NCBI GenBank assembly: GCA_035566915.1
Contig: DATMPW010000073.1
Location: forward strand, 20,440-84,439
Length of the DNA: 64,000 bases
Origin: Steroidobacteraceae bacterium
Lineage (GTDB): Bacteria; Pseudomonadota; Gammaproteobacteria; Steroidobacterales; Steroidobacteraceae
Reading direction: 5' to 3'
Below the pieces are notes generated by a model. It was not told the origin of the DNA. It searched no databases and worked only from the letters and a program-made list of their open reading frames with translations. How positions within the stretch are numbered: position 1 is the first letter of the stretch; each line of letters begins with the position of its first letter. The position numbers and the translations under genes are program-made. Positions 9,702 to 19,411 of this stretch are shown here, in pieces.

Positions 9702-11009
9702 ATGACCGATTCACGCTCCGATTCCATCACCTTCGCCTCGCTCGGCCTTAAGCCTCAGGTCATGGAGGGCATAAGCCAGGCGGGCTTCGTAACCTGCACT
9801 CCCATTCAGGCACAGACACTGCCGATCGCGCTCGCCGGGCGCGATGTCGCCGGACAGGCGCAGACCGGTACCGGCAAGACCGCCGCGTTCCTCGTCGCGC
9901 TCTATCAGGCACTGCTCACACGGCCGGCGCCGGCGAGCCGCTCCGCCACCTCGATCCGGGCGCTCGTGGTAGCGCCGACCCGCGAGCTGGCGGTGCAGAT
10001 TCATCGCGACGCTCTGGTCCTCGGGGCCCACACCGGCCTCGCACACATGCTCGTGTTTGGCGGCATCGACTACGAGAAACAGCGCCAGCAGCTCAGTGCG
10101 GGTTGCGACGTGCTGATCGGCACTCCTGGCCGGCTGATCGACTATTTCAAGCAGCGCGTGTTCGATCTCAAGTCGGCGCAGGTGCTGGTCCTCGATGAAG
10201 CCGACCGCATGTTTGATCTCGGCTTCATCGCCGATATTCGCTATATCCTGCGCCGGCTGCCCGCTCCGGGGCGCCGCCAGTCGATGCTGTTCTCGGCCAC
10301 CCTTTCCCACCGCGTGCTGGAGCTCGCGTACGAGCACATGAACAATCCGGAACTGGTGCGCATCGAGCCGGACAAGATGACGGTCGATCAAGTGCGCCAG
10401 CTCATGTACTACCCGGCGATGGTGGAGAAGATCCCGCTGCTCATCGGACTGCTGCATCAGAGCGAGGCAGTACGCACGATGGTGTTCGTGAATACCAAGC
10501 GCATGGCCGAGCGGCTCGAGGCGATCCTCAAGGCCAACGGCTTTCAGGCACAGGCGCTCTCGGGCGATGTGCCGCAGAACAAGCGCCTGCGGTTCCTGCG
10601 GGATTTCCACGATGGCAAGCTCGCGGTACTGATCGCCACCGACGTCGCCTCGCGCGGGCTGCACATTCCCGATGTGAGCCACGTGTTCAACTTCGATCTG
10701 CCGCAGGATGCCTCCGACTATGTGCACCGCATCGGCCGCACGGCGCGCGCCGGAGCCGAGGGAGATGCCATCAGCTTCGCGTGCGAGGATACGGCGGTAG
10801 CGCTGCCGGATATCGAGAGTTATATCGGGCACAAGATCCCCTTTGCCCCCATCTCCCCGGAACTGCTGGCGACCGGGGTCCTCAGCGCACCTCACACCCA
10901 CCGCACCCACCCCGGTGGCGGCCGGAGCGGTGGCGGCGGCGCCGGACGGCGAGGCCGGCGTGAATCACGTCCCGAGGGCTCGCACGCGCACCGGCGACGG
11001 GGCCGCTGA
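9702..11009 (+). CDS. rhlB: ATP-dependent DEAD-box RNA helicase RhlB
   Basis: The motifs [12 protein letters not shown] ([10 protein letters not shown]), SAT and [10 protein letters not shown] are present, with an Arg/Gly-rich C-terminal tail. The gene is divergent from trxA. Confidence 0.9.
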   Translation: MTDSRSDSITFASLGLKPQVMEGISQAGFVTCTPIQAQTLPIALAGRDVAGQAQTGTGKTAAFLVALYQALLTRPAPASRSATSIRALVVAPTRELAVQIHRDALVLGAHTGLAHMLVFGGIDYEKQRQQLSAGCDVLIGTPGRLIDYFKQRVFDLKSAQVLVLDEADRMFDLGFIADIRYILRRLPAPGRRQSMLFSATLSHRVLELAYEHMNNPELVRIEPDKMTVDQVRQLMYYPAMVEKIPLLIGLLHQSEAVRTMVFVNTKRMAERLEAILKANGFQAQALSGDVPQNKRLRFLRDFHDGKLAVLIATDVASRGLHIPDVSHVFNFDLPQDASDYVHRIGRTARAGAEGDAISFACEDTAVALPDIESYIGHKIPFAPISPELLATGVLSAPHTHRTHPGGGRSGGGGAGRRGRRESRPEGSHAHRRRGR

Positions 11010-11157
11010 GGCCACCCCAAAAAATCACGCCTGACGCTCGTGGCGGACTCGCGCCATGCGGCACCCCAGGGCGAGGCATGGCACTCGGGACGCGGCTCGG
11101 CTAAGCTTTCCTATCCTGGCGCCCACCGCCAACAGCCCCATTGGGGCACGCCCCGAA

Positions 11158-11382
11158 ATGGCGGAAATCGAAGACAATGTCGATCGCGAGCTGTTCCGCA
11201 ACGTGGAGAAGCTGCGACAGCTGCGCATCGAACACCGGGACCTCGATGAGGTCATCTCCCGGCTGTCGCTCGACCTGCACGTCGATCAGCTGCAACTGAA
11301 GCGCCTGAAAAAGCGCAAGCTCATGCTTAAGGACCAGATTGCCCGTCTCGAGAGCCAGTTGATCCCGGACCTGAACGCCTGA
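11158..11382 (+). CDS. DUF465 (YdcH-like) small coiled-coil protein
   Basis: ATG at 11158. The 74-aa product contains LRIEHRDLDEVISRL...LKRLKKRKLMLKDQIARLE, the DUF465 pattern. Confidence 0.7.
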   Translation: MAEIEDNVDRELFRNVEKLRQLRIEHRDLDEVISRLSLDLHVDQLQLKRLKKRKLMLKDQIARLESQLIPDLNA

Positions 11383-12746
11383 TGAACAGCGCCGACAGCG
11401 CCGTGCGGGGCGCACTGCTGGAGCTCACTTCGCCGCCCGTGCTCGCCGCGCTCGTTGCAGCGCTGCTCGCCGCCGCCGTAGCGCTCATCGTCGCACGCGT
11501 CCTCGCTGCGCGGCGGGTGCGCACGGCGCCGGATCTGCCGCTGAGTGACCACGCCCTCGATCATGCCCTCGATGCTCTGGTGATCCTCGCGCCCATTCTG
11601 GCCGCGCTCGCGACGCTCTTTGGCGGCCACGCCGTGCTCGCGGGTCTCGGGGTCTCCACCGCTGCGGTCGATACCGAGGCGCGCATAGTCACCGTACTGC
11701 TCCTGGTGCGGCTCGGAGTATTCGTGCTCGGCCTCCTGCTCGGGACCGGCTCCTGGGTGCGCACCCGCGGCACGCGCATCACGGTGATCCTGTGGGTCAT
11801 CTGCGCGATCGCGCTCCTCGGCTGGCTCGATGAGATCGAGGTCGGCCTCAACCGCATCAGCCTCGTGCCCGGCAAGTTCAGTCTGTGGGCGCTGCTCAAG
11901 GGCCTGGTGGTGGTCACGGCGTTCGTGGTGGTGGCGAGCCTGATTGCGCGGGCCATCGAACGGCACGTGATGCGGCTCGATCAGCTCGCCGTCTCAACGC
12001 GCGTCGGCGTCTCCAAGTTCACCTATTTCCTGCTGGTGGGACTCGGGGTACTGCTCGGGATCAACGCGGCCGGGGTCGACGTCACCACACTCAACGTGCT
12101 CACGGGCGCGATCGGTATCGGGCTCGGATTCGGCCTGCAGGGGGTAGCCAGCAACTTCGTGAGCGGCTTCGTGCTGCTGATGGATAAGTCCATCAAGCCG
12201 GGCGATGTCATCAGCTTCACGACCCTCGGCGGTGCCAGCGCCGGCAACTTCGGCTGGGTGCAGGAGCTGCGCGGACGTTACGTGGTGGTGCGCGACCGCG
12301 ACGGAGTCGACACCCTGGTACCGAACCAGAATCTGATCACCAGCTCCTTCATCAACTGGAGTTACTCCGACCAGCGCGTGCGCCTGAAATTACCGGTGAT
12401 GGTGAGCTACGAGGACGATCCCGAGGTAGCGCTGAAGCTGCTCGTCGAGGCGAGCGAGAATCATCCGCGCATCCTGCGCGATCCACCACCGGTCTCGCGG
12501 CTGATGAGTTTCGAGGACAACGGCATGCGGCTCGAGATCCGTTTCTGGATCGCGGACCCCGTGAATGGCGTCAACAACGTGCGCTCGGACGTCAACCGCG
12601 CCATCTGGCGCATCTTCCGCACGCATGGCGTGAAGATTCCCGTGCCGCAGCAGGAGACGCGCCTGCTCGACTCGCGGGCCGTGCGCGCTTACCCAGGCGC
12701 AGCGGTCCAGGAACCCGCGGCCGGGGTAGACCAGGCCGCCGATTAG
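11382..12746 (+). CDS. mechanosensitive ion channel, MscS family
   Basis: Multiple TM helices are followed by GAIGIGLGFGLQGVASNFVSGFVLLMDKSIKPGDVI, the MscS pore-helix/beta-domain signature. The start overlaps the previous stop by 1 nt. Confidence 0.85.
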   Translation: MNSADSAVRGALLELTSPPVLAALVAALLAAAVALIVARVLAARRVRTAPDLPLSDHALDHALDALVILAPILAALATLFGGHAVLAGLGVSTAAVDTEARIVTVLLLVRLGVFVLGLLLGTGSWVRTRGTRITVILWVICAIALLGWLDEIEVGLNRISLVPGKFSLWALLKGLVVVTAFVVVASLIARAIERHVMRLDQLAVSTRVGVSKFTYFLLVGLGVLLGINAAGVDVTTLNVLTGAIGIGLGFGLQGVASNFVSGFVLLMDKSIKPGDVISFTTLGGASAGNFGWVQELRGRYVVVRDRDGVDTLVPNQNLITSSFINWSYSDQRVRLKLPVMVSYEDDPEVALKLLVEASENHPRILRDPPPVSRLMSFEDNGMRLEIRFWIADPVNGVNNVRSDVNRAIWRIFRTHGVKIPVPQQETRLLDSRAVRAYPGAAVQEPAAGVDQAAD

Positions 12747-12756
12747 CCCGACGCCC

Positions 12757-13182
12757 GTGCCGCTGCCGATCGCCGCAGGCATCGAGATCCCGGACGACGA
12801 GCTGTCGCTGTCGTTCTTGCGCGCTTCCGGTCCCGGTGGACAGAACGTCAACAAAGTAGCCACCGCGGTGCAGCTGCGCTACGACCTCGGGCACAGCCGC
12901 GCACTGGGTGAGGACGTCAAGGCGCGCCTGCGCGCCTTGAGCGGCCGGCGCCTGACCGCAGACGGTGCCATCCTCATCACTGCGCGCAATCACCGCACAC
13001 AGGAGCGCAACCGCCGCGAGGCCGGTGAACGCCTCGCCGATCTCGTCCGGCGCGCGCTCATCGCGCCGAAGGTGCGCCGGCCGACCCGGCCCACACGTGC
13101 CGCGCGCGAGCGGCGCCTCGAGCACAAGGCGCAGCAGCGCCGCACCAAGCGACTGCGCCGGTCACCGCGCTGGGACGAATGA
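12757..13182 (+). CDS. arfB: alternative ribosome-rescue factor ArfB (peptidyl-tRNA hydrolase, YaeJ-like)
   Basis: The GGQ motif sits in the context RASGPGGQNVNKVATAV. The size (141 aa) and the basic C-terminal tail (KAQQRRTKRLRR) fit ArfB. The start is GTG. Confidence 0.85.
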   Translation: MPLPIAAGIEIPDDELSLSFLRASGPGGQNVNKVATAVQLRYDLGHSRALGEDVKARLRALSGRRLTADGAILITARNHRTQERNRREAGERLADLVRRALIAPKVRRPTRPTRAARERRLEHKAQQRRTKRLRRSPRWDE

Positions 13183-13339
13183 GCCGACGCGCAGGCATAG
13201 ACCCAAGCTGATGCGGTGACGCGGCGCCGCATCGCGGCGCGCGTGCGCTATCTGCTGACCACCGTACGCGCTAACATTCGTTCGCAGTCGATCGCACGCT
13301 CTCACCCCTACGCGGCTCACAGCAGCCAAGGAGGCGTCG

Positions 13340-13573
13340 ATGAAACTCACGTCGTTGGTGTTGATCGGGGCATTGGCAGTCGGCGGTTATGCTTACGCTC
13401 AGACTCAACCCGCCCCTGCGGGTGGGGCCAGAGGCCAGGAGGCGGTACACCCGGCCTGCAAAGAGGCAGCGCAGCGTCTGTGCGCCGGCAAGCAGGGTCA
13501 GGACGCCGCTAGCTGCCTGAAGAGCAATGCCGACAAGCTGCCTCCCAAGTGCAAGGAGCAAGTCTCCAAGTAG
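13340..13573 (+). CDS. small secreted cysteine-rich repeat protein
   Basis: AAGGAGG lies 6 nt upstream of the ATG. The signal peptide is MKLTSLVLIGALAVGGYAYA-Q. Four Cys residues fall in two C...C repeats (CKEAAQRLC / CLKSNADKLPPKC). Confidence 0.65.
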   Translation: MKLTSLVLIGALAVGGYAYAQTQPAPAGGARGQEAVHPACKEAAQRLCAGKQGQDAASCLKSNADKLPPKCKEQVSK

Positions 13574-13687
13574 CGCTCTCAAAAGTAAGTGACATAGAGC
13601 GGGCCCGTCTTCGGGCGCGTCACGAGCATCGCGGCGCGCCAGCGGTGGGGTGCAGCCGGGATTACTGCGGCGCGAGGAGTGTGATCC

Positions 13688-14146
13688 ATGTACTCATCGG
13701 CGCTGATGGCCTTCCTGCACCACGTGGCCGCCTTCACCGTGGTCGCGGCGCTCGCGGTGGAGGTGGCGCTGTTCAAGCCGCCGCTGTCGCTCACGCAGGC
13801 GCAGCGGCTGGTGCGCACGGACACGATTTTCGGCGCTTCGGCCGCGATACTTTTGGCGGCAGGCATGCTGCGGGTCTGGTACTTCGAGAAGGGCCCGGCT
13901 TACTACTGGCACGATGCGTTCTTTCTCATCAAGTTCGGCGCGTTCCTCGTCGCGGCGCTGATCTCTGTCTATCCCACCGTTACTTTCCTTTCCTGGAACC
14001 GCGGTCTCAAGGCTGGCGTTGCCCCGGAGATCCCGGCAGGGCGCACGCGTTCCGTACGCATGTGTCTGATGCTCGAGCTCACTGCGATCCTGGTCATTCT
14101 GTTGTGCGCTGCGCTGATGGCGCGGGGCTTTGGCTATCTGCAGTAA
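13688..14146 (+). CDS. DUF2214-like integral membrane protein
   Basis: The 152-aa product has four predicted TM helices and high GC3. The family assignment is from memory of the DUF2214 layout. Confidence 0.65.
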   Translation: MYSSALMAFLHHVAAFTVVAALAVEVALFKPPLSLTQAQRLVRTDTIFGASAAILLAAGMLRVWYFEKGPAYYWHDAFFLIKFGAFLVAALISVYPTVTFLSWNRGLKAGVAPEIPAGRTRSVRMCLMLELTAILVILLCAALMARGFGYLQ

Positions 14147-14325
14147 CGGCAACTTGACCACAGCCGTACCCGCAGTTTCCTGGGGCGCACCCGCAATTAC
14201 CCTGTCCTAAAGGGCAGTTACTGACGCCGCGGGCGGACGGCACAATCGCCGCATAAAGGATCACAAGCCTGAACGGACGCAGGCTCACCCGGCACGCGGC
14301 GGCTTAAGTCACTCGAAACGCTCGG

Positions 14326-14452
14326 TCCCGCCCGTCGTCGCACGCTGTCTTCCCCCCCGCGTGCGCCACGGCGGGCGGGACCCGGGGCCCCCGCGAAATT
14401 GCGCGTCTTACCGAGCGCTAATCGCTCACCGGTAACGTCAAGCGCAATTTCG
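14326..14452. terminator. two adjacent long GC-rich stem-loops in a convergent intergenic region (possible bidirectional terminator or REP-like element)
   Basis: Hairpin 1 pairs TCCCGCCCG (14326-14334) with CGGGCGGGA (14372-14380), with an inner GCACGC/GCGTGC stem. Hairpin 2 pairs CGAAATTGCGC (14394-14404) with GCGCAATTTCG (14442-14452), with inner TTACCG/CGGTAA and AGCG/CGCT stems. No clear U-tract follows either. Confidence 0.4.
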
Positions 14453-14479
14453 TGGGGTGGTTTACCCGGGGCGCTCACC

Positions 14480-16852
14480 TCACGCGCGCCGCGCGGAGGC
14501 CGCACGGGTGCCGAGCGGGTGGATCAGCCATGCCGCGAGCGCCGGCAGCAACACGATCGCGGCCATCATGTTCACGAGGAACATGAACGTCAGCATGATG
14601 CCGATGTCAGCCTGGAACTTCAGCGGCGAAAACACCCAGGTCGCCACGCCGATCGCAAGCGTGATACCGGTGAAGATGATGCTGGCGCCGGTGACCCGCA
14701 GCGTGCGCTCGTAACATATGCGCACCGGCAAACCCTGGTGCAGGAACTCCTGCATGCGGCTGAAGAGGTAAATGCCGTAGTCGACGCCGATGCCGGCACC
14801 GAGCGCGACCATGGGCAGCGTAGACACCTTGAGCCCAATACCGACCAGTGCCATGACTGCGTACACCAGCACCGACACCAGCGCCAGCGGCAACACCACC
14901 AGCAGCGTGCCCACCACGGAGTGGAAAGTCAGCAGGCACATGACGATCACGGCGGCGAACACCCCGGCAAGAATCAGCAGCTCCTTCGCCTCGACGGTCT
15001 CGTTGGTGGCCGCCATCACCCCGACGTTGCCGGCCGCGAGGCGCAGCTGCGCGAGCGCCGCGGGGTTGTCGCTGCGCCATTGCTTCACCTGCGCCACCGC
15101 CCGCTCGATGGTGCCCGCACGGTGGTCGCTGAGGAACATCAGCACCGGCACCACGTCGCAGTTCTCGTTCAGGAGGCCCGTGCTGGTCTCGATGTAGCGC
15201 GTCGACTGCGTGAGCTGGGTCTGCTCCCGCGGGATGCTGCGCCACTTCAGGCTGCCCTCGTTCCAGCCGGCGATCGCTATCTTGGCGATGAACGGCAGCG
15301 TAATCACCTCCTGCACACCGGGGACATTACGCATGTGCCAGCCGAAGCGGTCCATCCAGGTCATGAGATCATGGCTGACGCACACCGGCTGCTGCGACTC
15401 CACGATCGCCGTCAGCACATCGACACCGATGCTGAACTTGGAGGTGATGACGTCGTTGTCGCGGTTGTAACGGGAGTCGGCTCGCAGCTCGGGGACGCCC
15501 GCCTGGGTGTCCCCGATGGGGGTCTCGCGCCCCTTCCACCAGCCGAGCACGGCGAGCACCGCGGCGCACACTATGACGAGGAGCGCGGTACGGCGGCGCG
15601 TGATGCGCGCCAGGCGATGCCACAGGCGCCTGAGCCAGCGCTGGCGCCGCGCTACGCGCGCGTGGTAACCGGCATCGAAATGCACATAGGACACCAGCAC
15701 CGGCAGCAGCACCAGGTCGGTGAGGATGACGATGGCGACGCCGATGCTGGCCGTGATTGCCATCTCGCGGATCACCTGCACCGGGATGAGCAGAATGGTG
15801 ACGAACCCCACGAGGTCCGCAAGCAGCGCCACGATCGCGGGCGCGAGCAACTGCCGGAACGTGCGCCGCGCGGCCTCCATGCTGCCGAGCCCGGAAAATG
15901 CACCGTCGCTGACGGCGCTGATCTTCTGCACGCCGTGGCTCACTCCGATGGCGAATATCAGGAACGGGACCAGCAGGCCGATGGGGTCAATCCCGTAATG
16001 CAGCAACACCAGCGCCCCAAGCTGCCACAGCACCGCAATCACCGAGCACAGCACCGGCACGAAGGCGACACGCCATGACTGGCAGTAGACGCGTACCGCG
16101 AGCAGCGTCAGCACGAGCGTGATGACCGCGAACAGCAGCACGGATGCGGCGCCATCGGCAATGTCGCCGACCACCTGGGCGAAGCCGATGATGTGCACAT
16201 CGATGCCGTGGCCTTCGAGCGGTGCACGGACGCGCCGCTCGAGCTCGTGTGCGACCCGGATCGGATCGACCGGCCTGCCCTGCGCGTCGGTGTCGAGCAC
16301 GATCGCGCTCACCAGCGCACCGGAGAAGTCATTCGCCACCAGCCGCCCGATGATGCCGGCCTTGCGGATGTTGTCGCGCACCCGCGCCATGTTTTCGGCG
16401 GTGGGGGTGAAGTCGGCGGGGATGACGTTGCCCGCTTCGATGCCGTCCTCGACCACCTCGAGATAGCGCACGTTCGGGGTGAAGATCGACTGCACCTGCG
16501 TGCGGTCGATGCCGTCCATGACGATGACCTCGTCGGTGGCCTTGCGCAGGGCCGTGAAGAACTGCGGCGTGAACATGTTGCCATCACGTGCGATCAGCGC
16601 GATCAGCACGCGATCGGCACCACGGAACTCGGCCACCCGGGGATCCAGGTAGGTGCGCATGTACTCGTGCCGCGCCGGGAGGGTCTTGTTGAACGAGGTG
16701 TCGATGCGCAGTCCGTGCAGCGCGGTCACCCCGAGCAGCACCGTCCCCAGTGCGAACAGCACCAGGATCGTGGTGCGGTGTCCGAAGATCAGCCGCTCGA
16801 GCCGGCCGACCAGCGTTGGAGAAAGATGCGGAGCATCGCCGCCTGTCGTCAT
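14480..16852 (-). CDS. RND/MMPL-superfamily exporter
   Basis: The 790-aa product has two blocks of about 6 TM helices separated by large loops. It is the last gene of the DUF1302-DUF1329-YCF48-like-RND cluster, and its start overlaps the upstream stop by 4 nt. Confidence 0.85.
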   Translation of the reverse strand: MTTGGDAPHLSPTLVGRLERLIFGHRTTILVLFALGTVLLGVTALHGLRIDTSFNKTLPARHEYMRTYLDPRVAEFRGADRVLIALIARDGNMFTPQFFTALRKATDEVIVMDGIDRTQVQSIFTPNVRYLEVVEDGIEAGNVIPADFTPTAENMARVRDNIRKAGIIGRLVANDFSGALVSAIVLDTDAQGRPVDPIRVAHELERRVRAPLEGHGIDVHIIGFAQVVGDIADGAASVLLFAVITLVLTLLAVRVYCQSWRVAFVPVLCSVIAVLWQLGALVLLHYGIDPIGLLVPFLIFAIGVSHGVQKISAVSDGAFSGLGSMEAARRTFRQLLAPAIVALLADLVGFVTILLIPVQVIREMAITASIGVAIVILTDLVLLPVLVSYVHFDAGYHARVARRQRWLRRLWHRLARITRRRTALLVIVCAAVLAVLGWWKGRETPIGDTQAGVPELRADSRYNRDNDVITSKFSIGVDVLTAIVESQQPVCVSHDLMTWMDRFGWHMRNVPGVQEVITLPFIAKIAIAGWNEGSLKWRSIPREQTQLTQSTRYIETSTGLLNENCDVVPVLMFLSDHRAGTIERAVAQVKQWRSDNPAALAQLRLAAGNVGVMAATNETVEAKELLILAGVFAAVIVMCLLTFHSVVGTLLVVLPLALVSVLVYAVMALVGIGLKVSTLPMVALGAGIGVDYGIYLFSRMQEFLHQGLPVRICYERTLRVTGASIIFTGITLAIGVATWVFSPLKFQADIGIMLTFMFLVNMMAAIVLLPALAAWLIHPLGTRAASARRA

Positions 16853-17961
16853 GGCGCCGCGCTCCCGGCGCCGGTCTGATCCCCGAGACCGATGAGCTTC
16901 GCGCCGTCCTCGCCGACCAGCGCGAGCCTTTCACCGCCCACGGAGGCGAGAGCGGAGAGCCCGGAGCGATCGGCCTGCTGCAGGAGAGCGAAGCTGCGGC
17001 CGCCGTCGCGGCTCACGAGCACCACCCCCGAGAGCCCGACGATGGCGATGGCGCGAGCGTCGAGAGTCGCAGCGCCGGTCAGCATCGAGACCGTCCCGGT
17101 CTCGATCGGTTGCCAGCTCGTGCCCGCATCCGCGGACCGATAAAGATGGCCGCGCAGACCAAAGGCGAGCAAAACCTCGCCCGCGAGTGGCAGCACGCCG
17201 AAGAAAGAGCCCTCGTAGGGCGAAGCGAGCGTGCGCCAGCTCGCACCGCCATCGTCGGAGGCGTAGAGGTGACCGGCTTCGCCTGCGATGTAGAGCCGAC
17301 GGCCGCTCCCCGCGACGATGCGATTGAGGTGGTAACCGCCACCCGCCGCCTGCTCGGTGCCGCTGGCCGCTGCCGGCGCGGGCGCGGCGCCCTTCACGTG
17401 ACGATCACCCAGCGCTGCAGCGGCAGAGGGCGTGAACTTCACCTCGCGCCAGCTCGCGCCGGCGTCGGCGCTCGCGAAATAAGCACTGTAGGCGCCGACC
17501 GCGATGACCTCACCGTCTGTGCCGCACCACACATCGAGCAGCGGCCGCTGTGCCTGCGGAGCATAGTGAGCGCGCTTCCAGTTGCGGCCTGCATCGTCAG
17601 TGGTGAGGATCAGTTCGTCGTGGCCGACGGCCACGCCATGCTGCGTATCGAGAAAGCACACGCCGGTGAGCAGCGCCTGCGTCGGCACGTACTCGGCCTG
17701 CCTCCAGCTCGCGCCCCGATCGTCCGACAGCACGATGATGCCGCGATCACCGACGGCTACGAGCCGCCGCCCCGCGGGAGCAATCGCGATGAGGAGTCCC
17801 CGCGCGGCGAGCCGTGCCGGTTTCGCCGCACGCGGCGACTCCGCCGTGGCCTCATCCGGGGCCGTCGACTGGGGCACGGCGTTCGGTAGCGCCTGCCCCG
17901 GGAGTGCCGCGGCGGCGAGCAGCAGTGCAGCCACGAGCGCAGAGCCAGCAGCCTTGTCCAT
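16849..17961 (-). CDS. YCF48-related / BNR-repeat beta-propeller protein (secreted)
   Basis: A signal peptide is followed by repeated SxDxGxSW/TW motifs (SDDRGASWRQ, TDDAGRNWKR, SADAGASWRE, SDDGGASWRT, SADAGTSWQP, SRDGGRSF). Confidence 0.75.
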   Translation of the reverse strand: MDKAAGSALVAALLLAAAALPGQALPNAVPQSTAPDEATAESPRAAKPARLAARGLLIAIAPAGRRLVAVGDRGIIVLSDDRGASWRQAEYVPTQALLTGVCFLDTQHGVAVGHDELILTTDDAGRNWKRAHYAPQAQRPLLDVWCGTDGEVIAVGAYSAYFASADAGASWREVKFTPSAAAALGDRHVKGAAPAPAAASGTEQAAGGGYHLNRIVAGSGRRLYIAGEAGHLYASDDGGASWRTLASPYEGSFFGVLPLAGEVLLAFGLRGHLYRSADAGTSWQPIETGTVSMLTGAATLDARAIAIVGLSGVVLVSRDGGRSFALLQQADRSGLSALASVGGERLALVGEDGAKLIGLGDQTGAGSAAP

Positions 17962-17996
17962 GGCAGCCCGACCTGTTTATGCGCTCGCCGAGGCGT

Positions 17997-19361
17997 TCAC
18001 CGGATACCGCGCCGCTCCAGCACGCTCGGCTGGTAGTCCGCCGGCGCGCGCTTGATGTTGAAGTCGTACGAGCCATGCTCCTCGCTCTGCAGGCCGAGCG
18101 CGAGGTAACGGCCGTTCGAGAGGTCCATGATCAGCTCCAGGTCGTCCCACAGGGAGGGCAGGTTGTAGTAGTTCATGGCGTGCCCTTCCTGCACGCGGTA
18201 CAGCTGCCCGCGTGAGTCGTAGCAGTCCACCACCAGGATCTGCCAGGAATCCTCATCGACGTACAGCGTGCGGCGGCTGTAGATGTGGCTCACCCCGGGT
18301 TTGAGCGTCGAGTCGACGACCCATACCCGATGCAGCTCGTAGCGGGCGAGATCCTGGTTGATGTGGTTCTTCTTGAGCAGATCGGAGTACCTGAGCTTGC
18401 CGTCCTGCAGGCGGTAGGCGTTGTAAGGGACGTAGATCTCCTTCTTGCCGATCAGCTTCCAGTCGTAGCGCTGCGGGCTGCCGTTGTACATGTCGAACTG
18501 GTCGGAGGTGCGCAGGTTGTCCGCGTTCGTACCGGGATTGTCGAACGCGACGTTGGGCGCACGGCGGACGCGCCGCTGGCCGGGGTTGTAGACCCAGGCG
18601 CGCCGCGCTTCCCGCGCCTGATCGAGCGTCTCCTGGACGAGCAGCACTTCTCCCGCGAGGCGCGCCGGGGCGGTGGTCTCCTGAGTGAAGAACAGCAGGA
18701 TGTTATTGAGTCCAGTCTCCGTCATCCCCGGCTCGTAGTACTGGAAATAGAACTCCTCCTTGAAGTTCACCAGCGTGTAGCCGCCGGCGGCGGTCATCGG
18801 CGCCTGGCCCACGTTCAGCGCCGCGGTCACTCCTCGCCAGCGTGTCACGTGGTTCCAGAACACCTCGACGCCGCTCTGCGGAATCGGAAACGGCGTACCG
18901 GCGAGCGCGCCGGTGAAACCGTTGCCATCGGGCACGAGCTTCGCAGTGGTCGCATTGCGCTTGGTCGCCTCGTATACCCGCTCGGGCGAGGCTCCACTGC
19001 GATGCGTCGGGTAGACGATCATCTTGTAGTCGGGGTAGGTCTTGAACAGCGCCTTGTGACCCTCGCTGAGCTTCGCCGCGTACTGGCTCAGGTTGGCGGA
19101 AGTGATGGTGAACAGCGGCTTGTCGCTCGCGTACGGATCGGGGTAGTGCTCGCCGTTGTGGTAGTTCGGAAAGCCAGCATCGGCGGGGGACTTCAGCCCT
19201 CCGGTCCACGCTGGAATGCTGCCGTCGGCGTTAGCGGCCTTCTCACCGCCGAGCGGCGTGAGCTCCTGGCCGAGCCGCCCCGCCTCCTGCGGGCTCACGG
19301 CGCCAAAAGCCACCGCTGCGAACAGCGTCCACGCGGCAGCAGATCCAATCAGCATTTTCAT
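17997..19361 (-). CDS. DUF1329 (LolA-like) periplasmic protein
   Basis: ATG at 19361 has GGAGG upstream. The signal peptide is MKMLIGSAAAWTLFAAVAFGA. The tracked ORF extends to 19988, but that extension overlaps the DUF1302 gene and is Arg-rich junk. Confidence 0.8.
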   Translation of the reverse strand: MKMLIGSAAAWTLFAAVAFGAVSPQEAGRLGQELTPLGGEKAANADGSIPAWTGGLKSPADAGFPNYHNGEHYPDPYASDKPLFTITSANLSQYAAKLSEGHKALFKTYPDYKMIVYPTHRSGASPERVYEATKRNATTAKLVPDGNGFTGALAGTPFPIPQSGVEVFWNHVTRWRGVTAALNVGQAPMTAAGGYTLVNFKEEFYFQYYEPGMTETGLNNILLFFTQETTAPARLAGEVLLVQETLDQAREARRAWVYNPGQRRVRRAPNVAFDNPGTNADNLRTSDQFDMYNGSPQRYDWKLIGKKEIYVPYNAYRLQDGKLRYSDLLKKNHINQDLARYELHRVWVVDSTLKPGVSHIYSRRTLYVDEDSWQILVVDCYDSRGQLYRVQEGHAMNYYNLPSLWDDLELIMDLSNGRYLALGLQSEEHGSYDFNIKRAPADYQPSVLERRGIR

Positions 19362-19411
19362 GGCGCCCCCTCCAATGTGCGTGCGGTCCCGGCGCGACCC
19401 CGTGGCACGCT

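Noticed and set aside
13210-13233. The hairpin GATGCGG-N10-CCGCATC after arfB, and short GC stems after rho (7609-7623), after the HAD gene (about 46570-46586) and after glgA (59797-59811), considered as terminators.
   Set aside because: The stems are only 5-7 bp and have no following U-tract. In GC-rich DNA such stems are frequent by chance.
14399-16078. Long ORFs in the track that lie antisense or out of frame to recognised genes. Examples are 14399..16078 (+), 24776..26995 (-), 30221..33130 (+), 38033..39880 (-), 42270..43925 (+), 51906..53972 (+), 61261..63000 (+), 4815..6101 (-) and 9711..10910 (-).
   Set aside because: Their translations are Arg/Ala/Gly/Pro/His-rich low-complexity strings with no motifs. 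Each is fully covered by an opposite-strand or other-frame gene that has clear family signatures and G/C-ending codon bias. Stop-codon scarcity in GC-rich DNA explains them.
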